Of a DNA stretch of 64,000 nt, positions 41,997 to 52,828 are shown one piece after another; positions within the stretch are counted from its first letter, which is position 1, and every line of letters begins with the position of its first letter. Origin of the DNA: Minisyncoccota bacterium (lineage in GTDB: Bacteria > Patescibacteriota > Minisyncoccia > Phycocordibacterales > UBA5272); NCBI GenBank assembly GCA_041651055.1, contig JBAZJW010000001.1, forward strand, positions 20,737-84,736. The letters are read 5' to 3'. The notes below the pieces were generated by a model, which was given only the letters and a program-made list of their open reading frames with translations, had not been told where the DNA came from and searched no databases. The position numbers were made by a program, and so were the translations under genes.

Positions 41997-44189
41997 TTAA
42001 AAAGAAGAACCTTTTTCAACCTCTACAACTGCTGTGGTAATAGGAACAACTTTAACATTAAGAGCAACACTCGCATCATACTTTGTCTTATCAAACTCTC
42101 TCTTTGCAAGAAGAGGTCTTTCGCTCTTCACTGCCTTACCGTGCGCAACAAACTCTAAAAACTTAAGATTAGGAATTGCTTTAATGTGTTCGGAACTGTA
42201 TACACTACCTAAATACTCTAAACTAGTTTTATCTACCAAACTATGTGTGAAGTAAGTGTTACATTGAGACAAAACTGTCTTGCTAACTAGTGCTGTACGC
42301 TGAGACACAATGAGTAATCCAACGCCATATTTACGACCCTGTAAAGCAATCTGCCCGATTCTTCCAACGACCCACTGTGTTTCAGAGTCAAAACCAGAAC
42401 TGTATACTTCGGGAATTATTGTGTGTGCCTCTTCCAGAACAATCATTATCTGTTTTGCTTTGCGATTATTCCGTGCCCAGTTCATTATCGCTGATAGATA
42501 GAGTTCTGTTGTCCTTAATGTTGCTTTGGTGTTAGTTATTTCAGCAAGTTCAAATATACCAAGTAGGTCGTCTTTACTAGTTAGAAAATCTTCAATCTGA
42601 TTAGTTACTTGTGGTTTTATTCCATCTATAAATGTTTTCAATTCTCTCTTCTCATTTGGTGCACCGTAAGTGCCTATTTCTACTGCAAATAGATGTGTTT
42701 CTAAATCTGAACCTTGAGTAATAGATAAACCGATGGACACTGGATCTAGGTCTGCGAGACGCTTCTTATATTCCCCAGTGAAATCAACGCAAAATACTTT
42801 TCTGCCACGAGCAACTGCTTCGCGAATAATGTCTAGCACAAGTTCTGTTTTTCCTGTTCCTGTTACACCCAATACTGCTGTATGGTACTCAATTAAATCA
42901 TCTAACACGACAGGAATACCAAAGGAAGTAGAGGGGACTTTACCTATCATAAACTCATTCTCCTTGAGGTTTTGTGTATGAACTTCCGTTTCTGATGTGA
43001 GGAATAGAGGTTGATTCATTTCTGGAAGCCAAGAATACTTTTCAAAACCTCTATTTGGATCATAGCAACCCAATTGAGCAGCAGAAACTATATGCACTCC
43101 ATAAGGATTTTGATGAAAACTTTCTTCGTTAGTACTTGCATCTAGTATTTGATAATAAACCTTCTTTCCACGAATACAAGCAAACACGACAACTCCTTCC
43201 TCCAACTTAATACCACTTACGGATTGAAACTTTATATTAGAGATTGAAGACCCTTCAACTGTTATTCCCACAACTTTACTGTTTCTTTCCTCTCCACTGA
43301 GTATGACGCCTAATGTTTCTGCAAGACCTTCTTCGTTAATACTGTAAACTTCTCCTGTTTTAGTAGATTCATATTTCTTTCCGTCAGTTATTTCACAACA
43401 TAAACCTGTTCCTATCACTTGTTCATTTTGTATTTGTGAAAATAAAGGCAAAACGTAAGTTATCTTCCCACCAGAAAGATGCGCAATATGAACATATTCA
43501 GAAGTCCAATTATCTATATTTTCTTCAAGAGTAATTCTAACCAAGTTCGGAGCGTCAATTCGTAAAACAGAGCCAGTTAATTCTAGTACAGATTTTGTTG
43601 TCTTTGTTCCGTTAAGATAAAGGATTACTTGAATAATATGTTCCACTGGACGTGCCACAACCATAAAAGTCCAAAACCCAAGAATTGTAACCATCCATTC
43701 TGGTTCACTTTGGTAAAATCCAAGAGCACTTATAAGGACTGCAGGTGTAAAAAGTATCTCTCCTTTGCCAAAAACACCGCTCAGGCGATAAGTTACTTTC
43801 CCAAGTTGGGTATTTTGTTGAAAAGCAGATACCAGAGCACATGTAGCAACAAAAATTGCTATTACTATTGTAATGGTATTAGCAGTTTGGAGGCCGAAAC
43901 TAAAATCGGACACATTAGTAAAATCTAAAGGGGCGAGAAGAAGTACCAAAGAAATAGCAGTTGTCAAAGAGTCACGTGGAGGTAAAAAGAATGGTGCTGA
44001 AACTAAATGAAGTAACCAGTAGGCCATAGCCGCCAAAAGCCAAACACTCGCACCAGATCCAGTTGGAAAGAAACTTCCTGTTGCAAAATAATAAATTACC
44101 CACGCTATTAAAACATTTATTGCTAAAACTGTGATTCTCCATGTTTGGCTCAAAGGTTCTATGGATTTTATTTCTTGTTCTTTTGCCAT
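41997..44189 (-). CDS. HerA/FtsK-like ATPase with N-terminal multi-TM region
   Basis: HTAVLGVTGTGKT, VDFTGEY, IVLEEAH, GRKYGVGLLIVSQR, VLSQCNT; about 6 TMs. Confidence 0.85.
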   Translation of the reverse strand: MAKEQEIKSIEPLSQTWRITVLAINVLIAWVIYYFATGSFFPTGSGASVWLLAAMAYWLLHLVSAPFFLPPRDSLTTAISLVLLLAPLDFTNVSDFSFGLQTANTITIVIAIFVATCALVSAFQQNTQLGKVTYRLSGVFGKGEILFTPAVLISALGFYQSEPEWMVTILGFWTFMVVARPVEHIIQVILYLNGTKTTKSVLELTGSVLRIDAPNLVRITLEENIDNWTSEYVHIAHLSGGKITYVLPLFSQIQNEQVIGTGLCCEITDGKKYESTKTGEVYSINEEGLAETLGVILSGEERNSKVVGITVEGSSISNIKFQSVSGIKLEEGVVVFACIRGKKVYYQILDASTNEESFHQNPYGVHIVSAAQLGCYDPNRGFEKYSWLPEMNQPLFLTSETEVHTQNLKENEFMIGKVPSTSFGIPVVLDDLIEYHTAVLGVTGTGKTELVLDIIREAVARGRKVFCVDFTGEYKKRLADLDPVSIGLSITQGSDLETHLFAVEIGTYGAPNEKRELKTFIDGIKPQVTNQIEDFLTSKDDLLGIFELAEITNTKATLRTTELYLSAIMNWARNNRKAKQIMIVLEEAHTIIPEVYSSGFDSETQWVVGRIGQIALQGRKYGVGLLIVSQRTALVSKTVLSQCNTYFTHSLVDKTSLEYLGSVYSSEHIKAIPNLKFLEFVAHGKAVKSERPLLAKREFDKTKYDASVALNVKVVPITTAVVEVEKGSSF

Positions 44190-44225
44190 GTTAAATACCC
44201 CAATAATAGCATAATAACCAACCTT

Positions 44226-44363
44226 TTAATTGTCTGTTTTTTTATTAAAAACAGCATCAAATAAAATATCAAAAGCCCTGTCCATTCTCCTTTGGAGTTC
44301 TTCCGGTGATAGCGATACCTTCTTGTACCTTATTTTTAGTTTTTTACTTTTTTGTTTTGTCAT
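44226..44363 (-). CDS. Small hypothetical protein (45 aa, MTKQKSKK...)
   Basis: Hand-translated ORF below the track cutoff. Confidence 0.4.
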   Translation of the reverse strand: MTKQKSKKLKIRYKKVSLSPEELQRRMDRAFDILFDAVFNKKTDN

Positions 44364-44641
44364 AAAATACCCCAACTTTTGGGTTTGAGTTCTCTAACAG
44401 GAAAATGTGTGTACTTTGGCCTCTCGCTCGTCCTAGACGATTTTGTGGCCAAATGAATCGTTGGATATTTAGTGTCTGACTATAAAAGAAAGACACTTAC
44501 TGCAACATTAAGTATATACCAAATAAAATCTGCTTAAAGTTAGAAGTTATTAAATCCTCTAATGTGAGATAAAGTGTTATAATTAAAATTATATTAAGCG
44601 TGAAAAGTTGAGATATCTTTCTTACATTATAAATAAAAAGT

Positions 44642-47032
44642 ATGGCTGTTAAAAAATCGCAATTGTATAGTTCTCTTTGGAAGAGTTGTGACGAACTCCG
44701 TGGTGGTATGGATGCCTCACAGTATAAGGATTATGTTCTTGTTCTCCTCTTCATAAAATACATCTCTGACAGATATGTAGGTGTTCCTTTCCCTCCTATT
44801 GTTGTGCCTAAAGGTGCAAGTTTCAAGGATATGGTTGCTCTTAAGGGCTCAACAACCATTGGAGATGACATCAACAAAAACATCATACAAAAAATAGAAG
44901 AAGCAAACCCTACACTGGGTAAAATTGCTGTTGATTTCAATGATCCTGTAAAACTTGGTAGTGGAAAAGATATGGTTGATAGATTAACCAAACTTATTGC
45001 TATTTTTGAAAACCAAAATCTTGATTTTAGTACAAACCGTGCCGAGGGGGACGATATTCTCGGAGATGCTTATGAATACCTTATGCGACACTTTGCATCA
45101 GAGAGTGGTAAGAGTAAAGGTCAGTTCTATACTCCTGCTGAGGTTAGTAAGATAATCGCAAAAGTAATAGGTATTTCAAATACTAAAGTACTTACTCCGA
45201 CTGTATACGATCCTGCGTGTGGATCTGGTTCTCTTCTTCTAAAAATTAGAGATGAGACAGATAAAAATGTTACCTTACGTGGCCAGGAAATGGATAATGC
45301 AACTGCCGCACTTGCTCGTATGAATATGATACTCCATAACAACCCGACATCTATCATTGAAAGAGAGAACACTCTTTCAACACCACTCTTCAAAGAAAAT
45401 AACCAACTGATGACATTTGATTTTGTTGTTGCTAACCCGCCGTTCTCTACAAAATCGTGGACTAATGGCGTTAAGGTTGGAGATGATGATACTTATGGAA
45501 GATTCACTGGATTTGGCACACCTCCGGAGAAGAATGGCGACTATGCTTTTCTTCTTCACATAGTTCGCTCACTTAAAGAGAAAGGTAAAGGTGCTGTTAT
45601 TCTCCCTCACGGTGTACTTTTTCGTGGTGGTAGTGAGGCGTCTATTCGTACTAACTTAATTCGTCGTGGATATATTAAGGGAGTTATCGGGCTACCTGTA
45701 AACCTCTTTTACGGTACAGGTATTCCTGCGTGTATTATTGTGATAGATAAAGAAAACGCAGACACTCGTAAAGGTGTCTTTATGGTTGACGCAAGTAAAG
45801 GATTTATAAAAGACGGCAACAAAAACCGACTCCGTAACCAAGACCTTCATAAAGTAGTAGATATATTCAATAAGCAACTAGAGATAGAAAAGTATTCTCG
45901 TATGGTAAGTATGGTGGAGATTGAAAAGAATGAATACAACCTCAATATCCCTCGCTATATAGATAGTCAGGAGGCAGAGGATATGCAGGATATAGAGGCA
46001 CATCTACAAGGTGGTATACCAACTAAAGATATAGAAGACCTAGGTAATTACTGGGGTGTTTACCCAACCCTCAAATCCTCCCTATTCACCGACAGTAAAA
46101 GAAAAGGATATAGCAACCTAAAAATTAAACAAGAGGAAATTAAGAATACTATTTTTTTACACCCAGAGTTCACTTCTTATTCCAAAACAATGGAAGCAAC
46201 TTTTTCTACTTGGAAAATAAAGAATAGTTCTATCTTAAAAAAGATAACTAAAGGAGTGAAACCAAAGGAAATAATTCCGACAATATCAGAAGATCTACTC
46301 TCTGCTTTTAGTAATACCAATCTTATAGATAAGTATGATATTTATGAACACCTTATGGTTTATTGGTCAGAGACAATGCAAGACGATATGTATCTTATTG
46401 CAGACGATGGATGGAAAGTAACTCTCCAAATAATAGATGCAAAGAAAGGCACAACAGAGTGCGACCTTGTTCCAAAGCATCTTATTATTAACCGTTACTT
46501 TGCAAAAGAAAAGCAAACTCTTGATGATTTACAAACTAAACTAGACACATCAACACGAGAAATAGAAGAAGTAGTTGAAGAGTACAGTGATGACAGTGAA
46601 AAAGGGTATTTTACTGATTTTGAAAAAGTAAGTAAGACAACAGTAACTTCAAGAGTTAAGCAGATGAAGAACAGTGTTCAAGATAAAGAAGAACTTATGG
46701 TAATGGAAAAGTACCTTTCACTTGTTGAAGAAGAGTCAAGAGCAAAAAAAGAAATTAAAGATGTGGAGATTTCTCTTGAATTGCAAGTTGTCGCAAAGTA
46801 TAAAACTCTAACAGAGGAAGAAATCAAGGTTCTAGTAGTAGATGACAAATGGTTAGCAACGCTTGAACAAGCAATTCACAGTGAAATGGATCGTATTAGT
46901 CAGCGCCTTACAGGGCGTATTAAGGAACTCGCAGAGAGATATGCAACACCTCTCCCCCTTCTTGTTACAGACACGGAGGTACTTACCAGTAAGGTAGATG
47001 GACATCTTAAAACAATGGGATTTGTATGGTAG
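44642..47032 (+). CDS. hsdM: Type I R-M methyltransferase subunit
   Basis: GQFYTP, YDPACGSG, NPPF and LPHGVLFRG motifs. Confidence 0.97.
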   Translation: MAVKKSQLYSSLWKSCDELRGGMDASQYKDYVLVLLFIKYISDRYVGVPFPPIVVPKGASFKDMVALKGSTTIGDDINKNIIQKIEEANPTLGKIAVDFNDPVKLGSGKDMVDRLTKLIAIFENQNLDFSTNRAEGDDILGDAYEYLMRHFASESGKSKGQFYTPAEVSKIIAKVIGISNTKVLTPTVYDPACGSGSLLLKIRDETDKNVTLRGQEMDNATAALARMNMILHNNPTSIIERENTLSTPLFKENNQLMTFDFVVANPPFSTKSWTNGVKVGDDDTYGRFTGFGTPPEKNGDYAFLLHIVRSLKEKGKGAVILPHGVLFRGGSEASIRTNLIRRGYIKGVIGLPVNLFYGTGIPACIIVIDKENADTRKGVFMVDASKGFIKDGNKNRLRNQDLHKVVDIFNKQLEIEKYSRMVSMVEIEKNEYNLNIPRYIDSQEAEDMQDIEAHLQGGIPTKDIEDLGNYWGVYPTLKSSLFTDSKRKGYSNLKIKQEEIKNTIFLHPEFTSYSKTMEATFSTWKIKNSSILKKITKGVKPKEIIPTISEDLLSAFSNTNLIDKYDIYEHLMVYWSETMQDDMYLIADDGWKVTLQIIDAKKGTTECDLVPKHLIINRYFAKEKQTLDDLQTKLDTSTREIEEVVEEYSDDSEKGYFTDFEKVSKTTVTSRVKQMKNSVQDKEELMVMEKYLSLVEEESRAKKEIKDVEISLELQVVAKYKTLTEEEIKVLVVDDKWLATLEQAIHSEMDRISQRLTGRIKELAERYATPLPLLVTDTEVLTSKVDGHLKTMGFVW

Positions 47033-48321
47033 AAATAACTATTAAAAAAGGATATAAGCAAACTGAAATTGGGGTAATTCCGGAAGATTGGGATATTGTC
47101 TCATTTAAAAAAATTGCTGATAAGAATAAAAAATGGAGTATAACAGGGGGCCCTTTTGGTTCAAACTTAAAGAAATCAGATTACACCAATGACGGTGTTC
47201 AAATTATACAATTACAAAACATAGGAGATGGTAGATTTATTGACGATTACCAAATTTTTACTTCAAAAGATAAAGCCGATGAACTTTTGAGTTGCAACAT
47301 TTATCCAAATGAGATAATTCTTTCAAAGATGGGAGACCCTGTTGCTAGGGCTTGTTTTGTTCCTGAAAAAAACGAAAGATATCTTATGGCGTCAGACGGT
47401 ATCAGATTAGTTGTAAATGAAAATGAGTTTTCTAAAAAATTTATTCACGATTATATTAATTCTGCCTATTTTAGAAACAGAGCATTTGAGGTAAGTATGG
47501 GCTCAACTAGGTTGAGAATAGGGTTACCGAAATTAAAAGGACTTAGTGTGGTTAAGCCACCAAAAGAAGAACAGGATCTTATTGCCACAATCCTCTCCGA
47601 TACAGATGCGCTCATTAACCACTTGGACAAACTAATCACAAAAAAGAAAGCAATTAAACAAGGAACAATACAACAACTTCTTACTGGTAAAAAACGCCTC
47701 CCTGGATTTAGTGGTGAGTGGGAAGAAAATAAATTGGTGAAGATAGCAGATTTTTTTAAAGGTAGAGGTCTTTCTAAAAGCAAAATTGAAAATAACGGCC
47801 AATATTCTTGTATTTTGTATGGCGAGTTATTTACAACATACGCTCGGGTAATAGATGAAGTAAAAAGTAAAACAAACTTCACTGAGGGATTAACCTCAAC
47901 AGAAGGAGATATTCTTATGCCTGGATCAACGACTACTGTTGGGATTGATCTAGCCGTAGCGTCCGTTTTAAATAAAAATGATGTACTGATTGGTGGTGAT
48001 GTAATTGTAATTAGGAAGAAAAAGCAAGAGTTCTACAACCCTAATTTTCTTGCAAATTATTTAACTCACGTCTCAAAATATAAAATAGCCGGAATTACAC
48101 AGGGTATAACAATAATTCATTTGCACGGTAGTAGGTTGCAGGAAATAATGGTAAAGATACCAAAAGACGTGAGCGAACAAACTGCCATTGCTACAATTCT
48201 CTCTGATATGGACAAAGAAATTGAACTCATAGAACATAAACGAGATAAATATATAATGCTAAAAAATGGTATGATGCAACAATTACTAACAGGCGCTATT
48301 CGTATATATGGAAACAAATAA
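47026..48321 (+). CDS. hsdS: Type I R-M specificity subunit
   Basis: IPEDW; two TRDs each followed by EQ..IATILSD.D...QQLLTG. Confidence 0.95.
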   Translation: MVEITIKKGYKQTEIGVIPEDWDIVSFKKIADKNKKWSITGGPFGSNLKKSDYTNDGVQIIQLQNIGDGRFIDDYQIFTSKDKADELLSCNIYPNEIILSKMGDPVARACFVPEKNERYLMASDGIRLVVNENEFSKKFIHDYINSAYFRNRAFEVSMGSTRLRIGLPKLKGLSVVKPPKEEQDLIATILSDTDALINHLDKLITKKKAIKQGTIQQLLTGKKRLPGFSGEWEENKLVKIADFFKGRGLSKSKIENNGQYSCILYGELFTTYARVIDEVKSKTNFTEGLTSTEGDILMPGSTTTVGIDLAVASVLNKNDVLIGGDVIVIRKKKQEFYNPNFLANYLTHVSKYKIAGITQGITIIHLHGSRLQEIMVKIPKDVSEQTAIATILSDMDKEIELIEHKRDKYIMLKNGMMQQLLTGAIRIYGNK

Positions 48322-51300
48322 CCAAACAGTAGGACAAAGAGAAAGAGCAACGCAAAACCGTATTGTGGAACTTTTTCGTAACAACCTTGCTTACGAATAT
48401 CTTGGAAACTGGGAAGATAGAGAAAATAATAGCAACATAGAAGAAAGTGAGGTAAGGAAATATCTCTCTCGTGTTGGATATAACGATACCCTAATTGCTC
48501 GTGCTTTAGACAAACTAAATACTACTGCAAATAACTATGGAGAGAGTTTGTATACCAATAATCAAAAGATGTATTCACTTCTTCGGTACGGCACACCTAT
48601 TTTAGAAAATGCAGGAGAACAACACCAACACGTTCATTTTATTGACTGGAAAAATCCAGAGAATAATAACTTTGCTATTGCAGAAGAGGTTACAGTGCAA
48701 GGTAATCTTGAAAAACGTCCAGATGTTGTTCTCTATATTAACGGTATTGCAATTGGTGTATTGGAACTAAAGAGAAGTACTGTGTCTATTGGCGATGGAA
48801 TACGCCAGAGTATTGTAAATCAACAAAAGGAGTTTATACAATCATTTTTCTCCACTGTTCAATTTATCTTTGCTGGTAATGACAGTGAGGGTTTGAAATA
48901 TGGGACAATAGAAACCCCAGAGAAGTATTTTTTGAAATGGAAAGAAGATGAACAGGACGATAGTATGTTACAACTTGATAAATATCTTCTCAAGATGTGT
49001 GATAAAAGGCGTATCTTGGACATTCTGCACGACTTTGTCCTCTTTGATGCCGGAGTTAAGAAGTTACCACGTGCACATCAGTATTTTGGAGTTAAGGCGG
49101 CACAAGAATATATCCGTAGAAAGCAAGGAGGTATTGTTTGGCATACACAAGGAAGTGGTAAAAGTTTGTTTATGGTTTTACTAGCAAAGTGGGTGCTAGA
49201 AAATAATCCAAATGCTCGTGTTGTAATGCTCACTGATCGTACAGAACTTGATAAACAAATAGAAAGAGTATTTCGTGATGCAGGAGAAACTGATGTTAAA
49301 CGAACCACAAGTGGTAAAGATTTGATGGAACAATTGAATAACCCAACACCTCGTCTTATCTGTTCCCTTATTCATAAGTTTGGAAGTCATAATGCTGATT
49401 CGTTTGATGAATATATTAAAGAATTAGAAAATACCCCAAGTAATACTGTTGGAGAACTCTTTGTGTTTGTAGATGAGTGTCATAGATCAGAGTCAGGAAA
49501 GATGCACAAAGCAATGAAAGCAGTCCTGCGAAATGCTGTATTTATTGGTTTTACAGGTACGCCATTACTTCAAAAAGATAAACAGACAAGCCACGAAGTG
49601 TTCGGGGAATATATTCATAAGTATAAGTTTAATGAAGCCGTTGAAGATGGTGTCGTTCTTGACCTTATGTATGAGGCGCGAGACATAGACACAAAACTAA
49701 CATCAGAAGAAAAGGTTGATGCTTGGTTTGAGGCAAAGACAAAAGGACTTAACGATTTTCAAAAACACGAACTCAAAAAAACGTGGGGAACAATGCAAAG
49801 AGTGTTAAGTTCTAAATCTCGTATGGAGAAGATTGTTCAAGATATATTTTTTGATTTCAATACCAAGCCACGATTAAACTCTCAATTTGGTAATGCAATT
49901 CTTGTTGCCGGAAGCATCTACGAAGCAGTTCGTTACTATAAGTTATTTCAGAGTACTCCACTCAAAGGTAAGTGTGCGATTATTACATCATACAATCCTG
50001 TAACCCGTGATATTACAACAGAAGATACTGGGGAAAACACACAAACAGAAAAAGAAGAAATCTATGAGACATACGTGGAGTTACTAAAAGATATACAACC
50101 CGTACAAGATAAAACCAAGTCGGAAGTATACGAAGATAGAGAGAAGACGCGTTTTATCAAAGAGCCATCAAATATGAAACTTCTTATCGTGGTAGATAAA
50201 CTCTTGGTGGGCTTTGATGCCCCTCCTTGTACATACTTATACATAGACAAGAAGATGCAAGACCACGGGCTATTTCAGGCCATCTGTCGTGTTAATAGAT
50301 TAGATGGAGAGGATAAGGATTTCGGATATATTGTGGACTACAAGGATCTGTTTCAGAAACTAGAGGGTGCGTATTCTGTCTATGCGTCAGAACTTGAAAC
50401 TGCTACGCCAGAAACTGGAGAAATTGGGATTATTCTTAAAGACCGACTTACAAAAGGCAAGGAACGATTAGATGATGCTCTAGAAGCAATCTCTCTTGTT
50501 TGTGAACCGGTTGCCCCACCTCGTGATAATTTATCTTTTATTCACTACTTCTGTGGTAACCCAGAAAATGAACAAGACCTCAAGGATAACGAGATTAAAC
50601 GTTCGGCACTCTATAAACATACAGCAGGACTGATACGAGCATACGCAAACATTGCAGACGAAATGATTGAGGCAGGATATAGCGAAAGTGATGTCAGTTC
50701 AATAAAAAATAAAGTAGACACCTATCTTAAGTTACGAGAAGAAATACGTATGGCTAGTGGAGAAAAGTTGGATGTTAAGACATATGAGGCAGATATGAGA
50801 CATTTAGTTGATACCTATATTCAAGCAGAAGACGCTAGACGCATTGACCCGTTCGGGAAGCAATCACTGGTAGATATTATGGTTAAAAGTGGTATGGCAG
50901 AGGTTATAAATCAACTTCCAGAAGGAATTAAGAGTAGTAAAGAGGCCGTTGCAGAAACTATTGAGAACAACGTGCGTGTAAAAATAATCAAAGATCATTT
51001 GATAGACCCTGCTTACTTTGATGAGATGTCTAAATTACTTAGTGAGATAGTGCGAGAAAGAAAAGCGAATGCTGTTACGTATGAAGAATATCTTAAAAGG
51101 ATACACGACCTAGCAAAGAGTGTTGCGCAACTCACCAGAACCGACTTGCCTCAAGACATACAGACCAATGCACAACGTGCTCTTTATAGTAATCTTGGTA
51201 AAAATGAGCGCTTGGCTCTTGAAATTGACGCTGTTGTTAAAGGTAGTATGCACGCAGGTTGGCGTGGAAATGTTCCAGCAGAACAGTTAATCAAACAAGC

Positions 51301-51376
51301 GATTCACAATGTGGTAAATAATGTAGCAGAAGTGGAAAGGATTTTCCAAATTATTAAGCAACAAAATGAATACTAA
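48308..51376 (+). CDS. hsdR: Type I R-M restriction subunit
   Basis: RPD..ELK nuclease, HTQGSGKS, DECH, GFTGTP, QAICRVNR. Confidence 0.97.
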   Translation: METNNQTVGQRERATQNRIVELFRNNLAYEYLGNWEDRENNSNIEESEVRKYLSRVGYNDTLIARALDKLNTTANNYGESLYTNNQKMYSLLRYGTPILENAGEQHQHVHFIDWKNPENNNFAIAEEVTVQGNLEKRPDVVLYINGIAIGVLELKRSTVSIGDGIRQSIVNQQKEFIQSFFSTVQFIFAGNDSEGLKYGTIETPEKYFLKWKEDEQDDSMLQLDKYLLKMCDKRRILDILHDFVLFDAGVKKLPRAHQYFGVKAAQEYIRRKQGGIVWHTQGSGKSLFMVLLAKWVLENNPNARVVMLTDRTELDKQIERVFRDAGETDVKRTTSGKDLMEQLNNPTPRLICSLIHKFGSHNADSFDEYIKELENTPSNTVGELFVFVDECHRSESGKMHKAMKAVLRNAVFIGFTGTPLLQKDKQTSHEVFGEYIHKYKFNEAVEDGVVLDLMYEARDIDTKLTSEEKVDAWFEAKTKGLNDFQKHELKKTWGTMQRVLSSKSRMEKIVQDIFFDFNTKPRLNSQFGNAILVAGSIYEAVRYYKLFQSTPLKGKCAIITSYNPVTRDITTEDTGENTQTEKEEIYETYVELLKDIQPVQDKTKSEVYEDREKTRFIKEPSNMKLLIVVDKLLVGFDAPPCTYLYIDKKMQDHGLFQAICRVNRLDGEDKDFGYIVDYKDLFQKLEGAYSVYASELETATPETGEIGIILKDRLTKGKERLDDALEAISLVCEPVAPPRDNLSFIHYFCGNPENEQDLKDNEIKRSALYKHTAGLIRAYANIADEMIEAGYSESDVSSIKNKVDTYLKLREEIRMASGEKLDVKTYEADMRHLVDTYIQAEDARRIDPFGKQSLVDIMVKSGMAEVINQLPEGIKSSKEAVAETIENNVRVKIIKDHLIDPAYFDEMSKLLSEIVRERKANAVTYEEYLKRIHDLAKSVAQLTRTDLPQDIQTNAQRALYSNLGKNERLALEIDAVVKGSMHAGWRGNVPAEQLIKQAIHNVVNNVAEVERIFQIIKQQNEY

Positions 51377-52091
51377 AAAAAGTACCATTGAACTAGGAGA
51401 TATATCGTTTGATGTAATCCACAAGAATATCAAAAATGTGCACTTGAGCGTACACCCTCCACTCGGGAGAGTTACTATTTCTGCACCATTTCAAATGGAT
51501 ATAGAAACATTACGTCTCTTTAGTATTTCTAAACTTGGTTGGATACGAAGACAACAACTTAAACTTCAAAATCAGAAGAGAGAAACTGCACGTGATTATG
51601 TTAATCGCGAAAGTCATTACTATCTTGGACAAAGGTATTTATTAAAAGTTGTTGATGTAGAAACTGCGCAGAAAGTTGTTTTGAAACACAGCACTATTGA
51701 ACTTCATACACGAAAAAATGCAACAAAAAAACAAAAAGAGAATCTTTTACACGCTTGGTATAGACAACAACTAAGAGAAGTAACAACCCCTTATATTACA
51801 AAACTTGAAAAGAAGATGGGCATAAAGGTTAAAGAGGTTGGTATAAGAACAATGAAAACCAAATGGGGTACGTGTAACATTGAATCTAAAAGAGTGTGGC
51901 TCAATACAGAACTTGCAAAGAAATCAGTAGAGAGTATTGAATATGTTCTTGTTCACGAGATGGTTCACTTGCTAGAGAGAAACCATAACGAGAAGTTTAT
52001 TGCGTATATGGATAAGTTTTTACCAAAATGGAAACATCTCCGTACGGAACTAAATCGTTCCACTCTAGGCCATATTGACTGGGAATACTAG
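51366..52091 (+). CDS. YgjP/DUF45 family metallopeptidase-like protein
   Basis: KTKWGTC and HEMVHLLERNH motifs; typical position after hsdR. Confidence 0.9.
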   Translation: MNTKKSTIELGDISFDVIHKNIKNVHLSVHPPLGRVTISAPFQMDIETLRLFSISKLGWIRRQQLKLQNQKRETARDYVNRESHYYLGQRYLLKVVDVETAQKVVLKHSTIELHTRKNATKKQKENLLHAWYRQQLREVTTPYITKLEKKMGIKVKEVGIRTMKTKWGTCNIESKRVWLNTELAKKSVESIEYVLVHEMVHLLERNHNEKFIAYMDKFLPKWKHLRTELNRSTLGHIDWEY

Positions 52092-52142
52092 TTATTGGCT
52101 ATTTTTATTTGTGCTTAAACTAAACTGGAGTAAACTGTCTAG

Positions 52143-52334
52143 ATGAGAAAATACTACGATGCTATTAGAGTTTGGATATACGTAAGAAATAAAAATAAGT
52201 TTTCTTTTGAAGATGTTATTGAGAACTGTATAGGAAAAGGATACATACGAACTGGGAATGCATTAGATGTCTTAATTAAACTAAATTATATAAAAAAGGA
52301 AAAAGGTATGCCTGTTAGATATACCAAGATATAG
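52143..52334 (+). CDS. Small hypothetical (wHTH-like) protein
   Basis: ALDVLIKLNYI pattern; TAAACT 6 nt before ATG. Confidence 0.4.
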   Translation: MRKYYDAIRVWIYVRNKNKFSFEDVIENCIGKGYIRTGNALDVLIKLNYIKKEKGMPVRYTKI

Positions 52335-52517
52335 CCAAAGATTACATATTTTCGTCTATTATTGCTTGCCGAACTTCATCCCACGTTCGGAGCAACTCTA
52401 ATGTTGCTCATGCTGTTATTAGACAAGAAGAGATTTGATTTCTTGAAGTGCGATTACTGGAAATGGGTATTCTTTGACCCAATCAATAGTTCGAAAATCG
52501 TCCGCTAGAGCGCACAA

Positions 52518-52798
52518 ATTTAAAAATCTGACGAAAGTCAGTTTTTTAATTTGTGCTCAGGGAGCACATGAACTGCTTCATGTGCGTCGGGACTCGAATA
52601 GGGGTCGAGGAGTCTCCTGTTTTGTGTACTCATAAAACGAGACGAGGTGACCGAGTCCCGCCCTGGGACGAGAAAGTCCGGAGTATGTTTTTCTAGCAAG
52701 AAAAACCACGAGCGGCGGCTGATTAGTAAAACATGCCATGAGGCCAAAGCGAGTTCGTCGAGTGGTGACGAGACGAAACTTGTAGGAGAGTCCCACTC
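52518..52798 (+). repeat. Displaced tRNA 3' mirror element matching tRNA-Leu(TAA)
   Basis: TTGTGCTCAGGG + 25-nt insert + CGGGACTCGAA; exact direct copy CGAGTCCCGCCCTGGG at 52652-52667. Confidence 0.92.
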
Positions 52799-52828
52799 TT
52801 TTGAATCCGGAGCCGATATACTTAGCTT

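Larger units (their letters stand above)
37308..52517. mobile_element. ~15.2 kb genomic island integrated at the 3' end of tRNA-Leu(TAA)
   Basis: GCACAA at both junctions; serine recombinase at the left end; AT-richer content; the tRNA-matched element resumes at 52518. Confidence 0.88.

Noticed and set aside
52652-52667. 16-bp tRNA direct repeat as the island attR
   Set aside because: Equivalent copies follow tRNAs that have no island; the GCACAA junction restores both the flanking hairpin and the recombinase frame.
52668-52790. RNase P RNA (GAAAGTCCGG) or hammerhead ribozyme (CTGA...GAAAC)
   Set aside because: Lacks the 3' P4 motif and the CUGANGA core; better explained as a module of the tRNA element.
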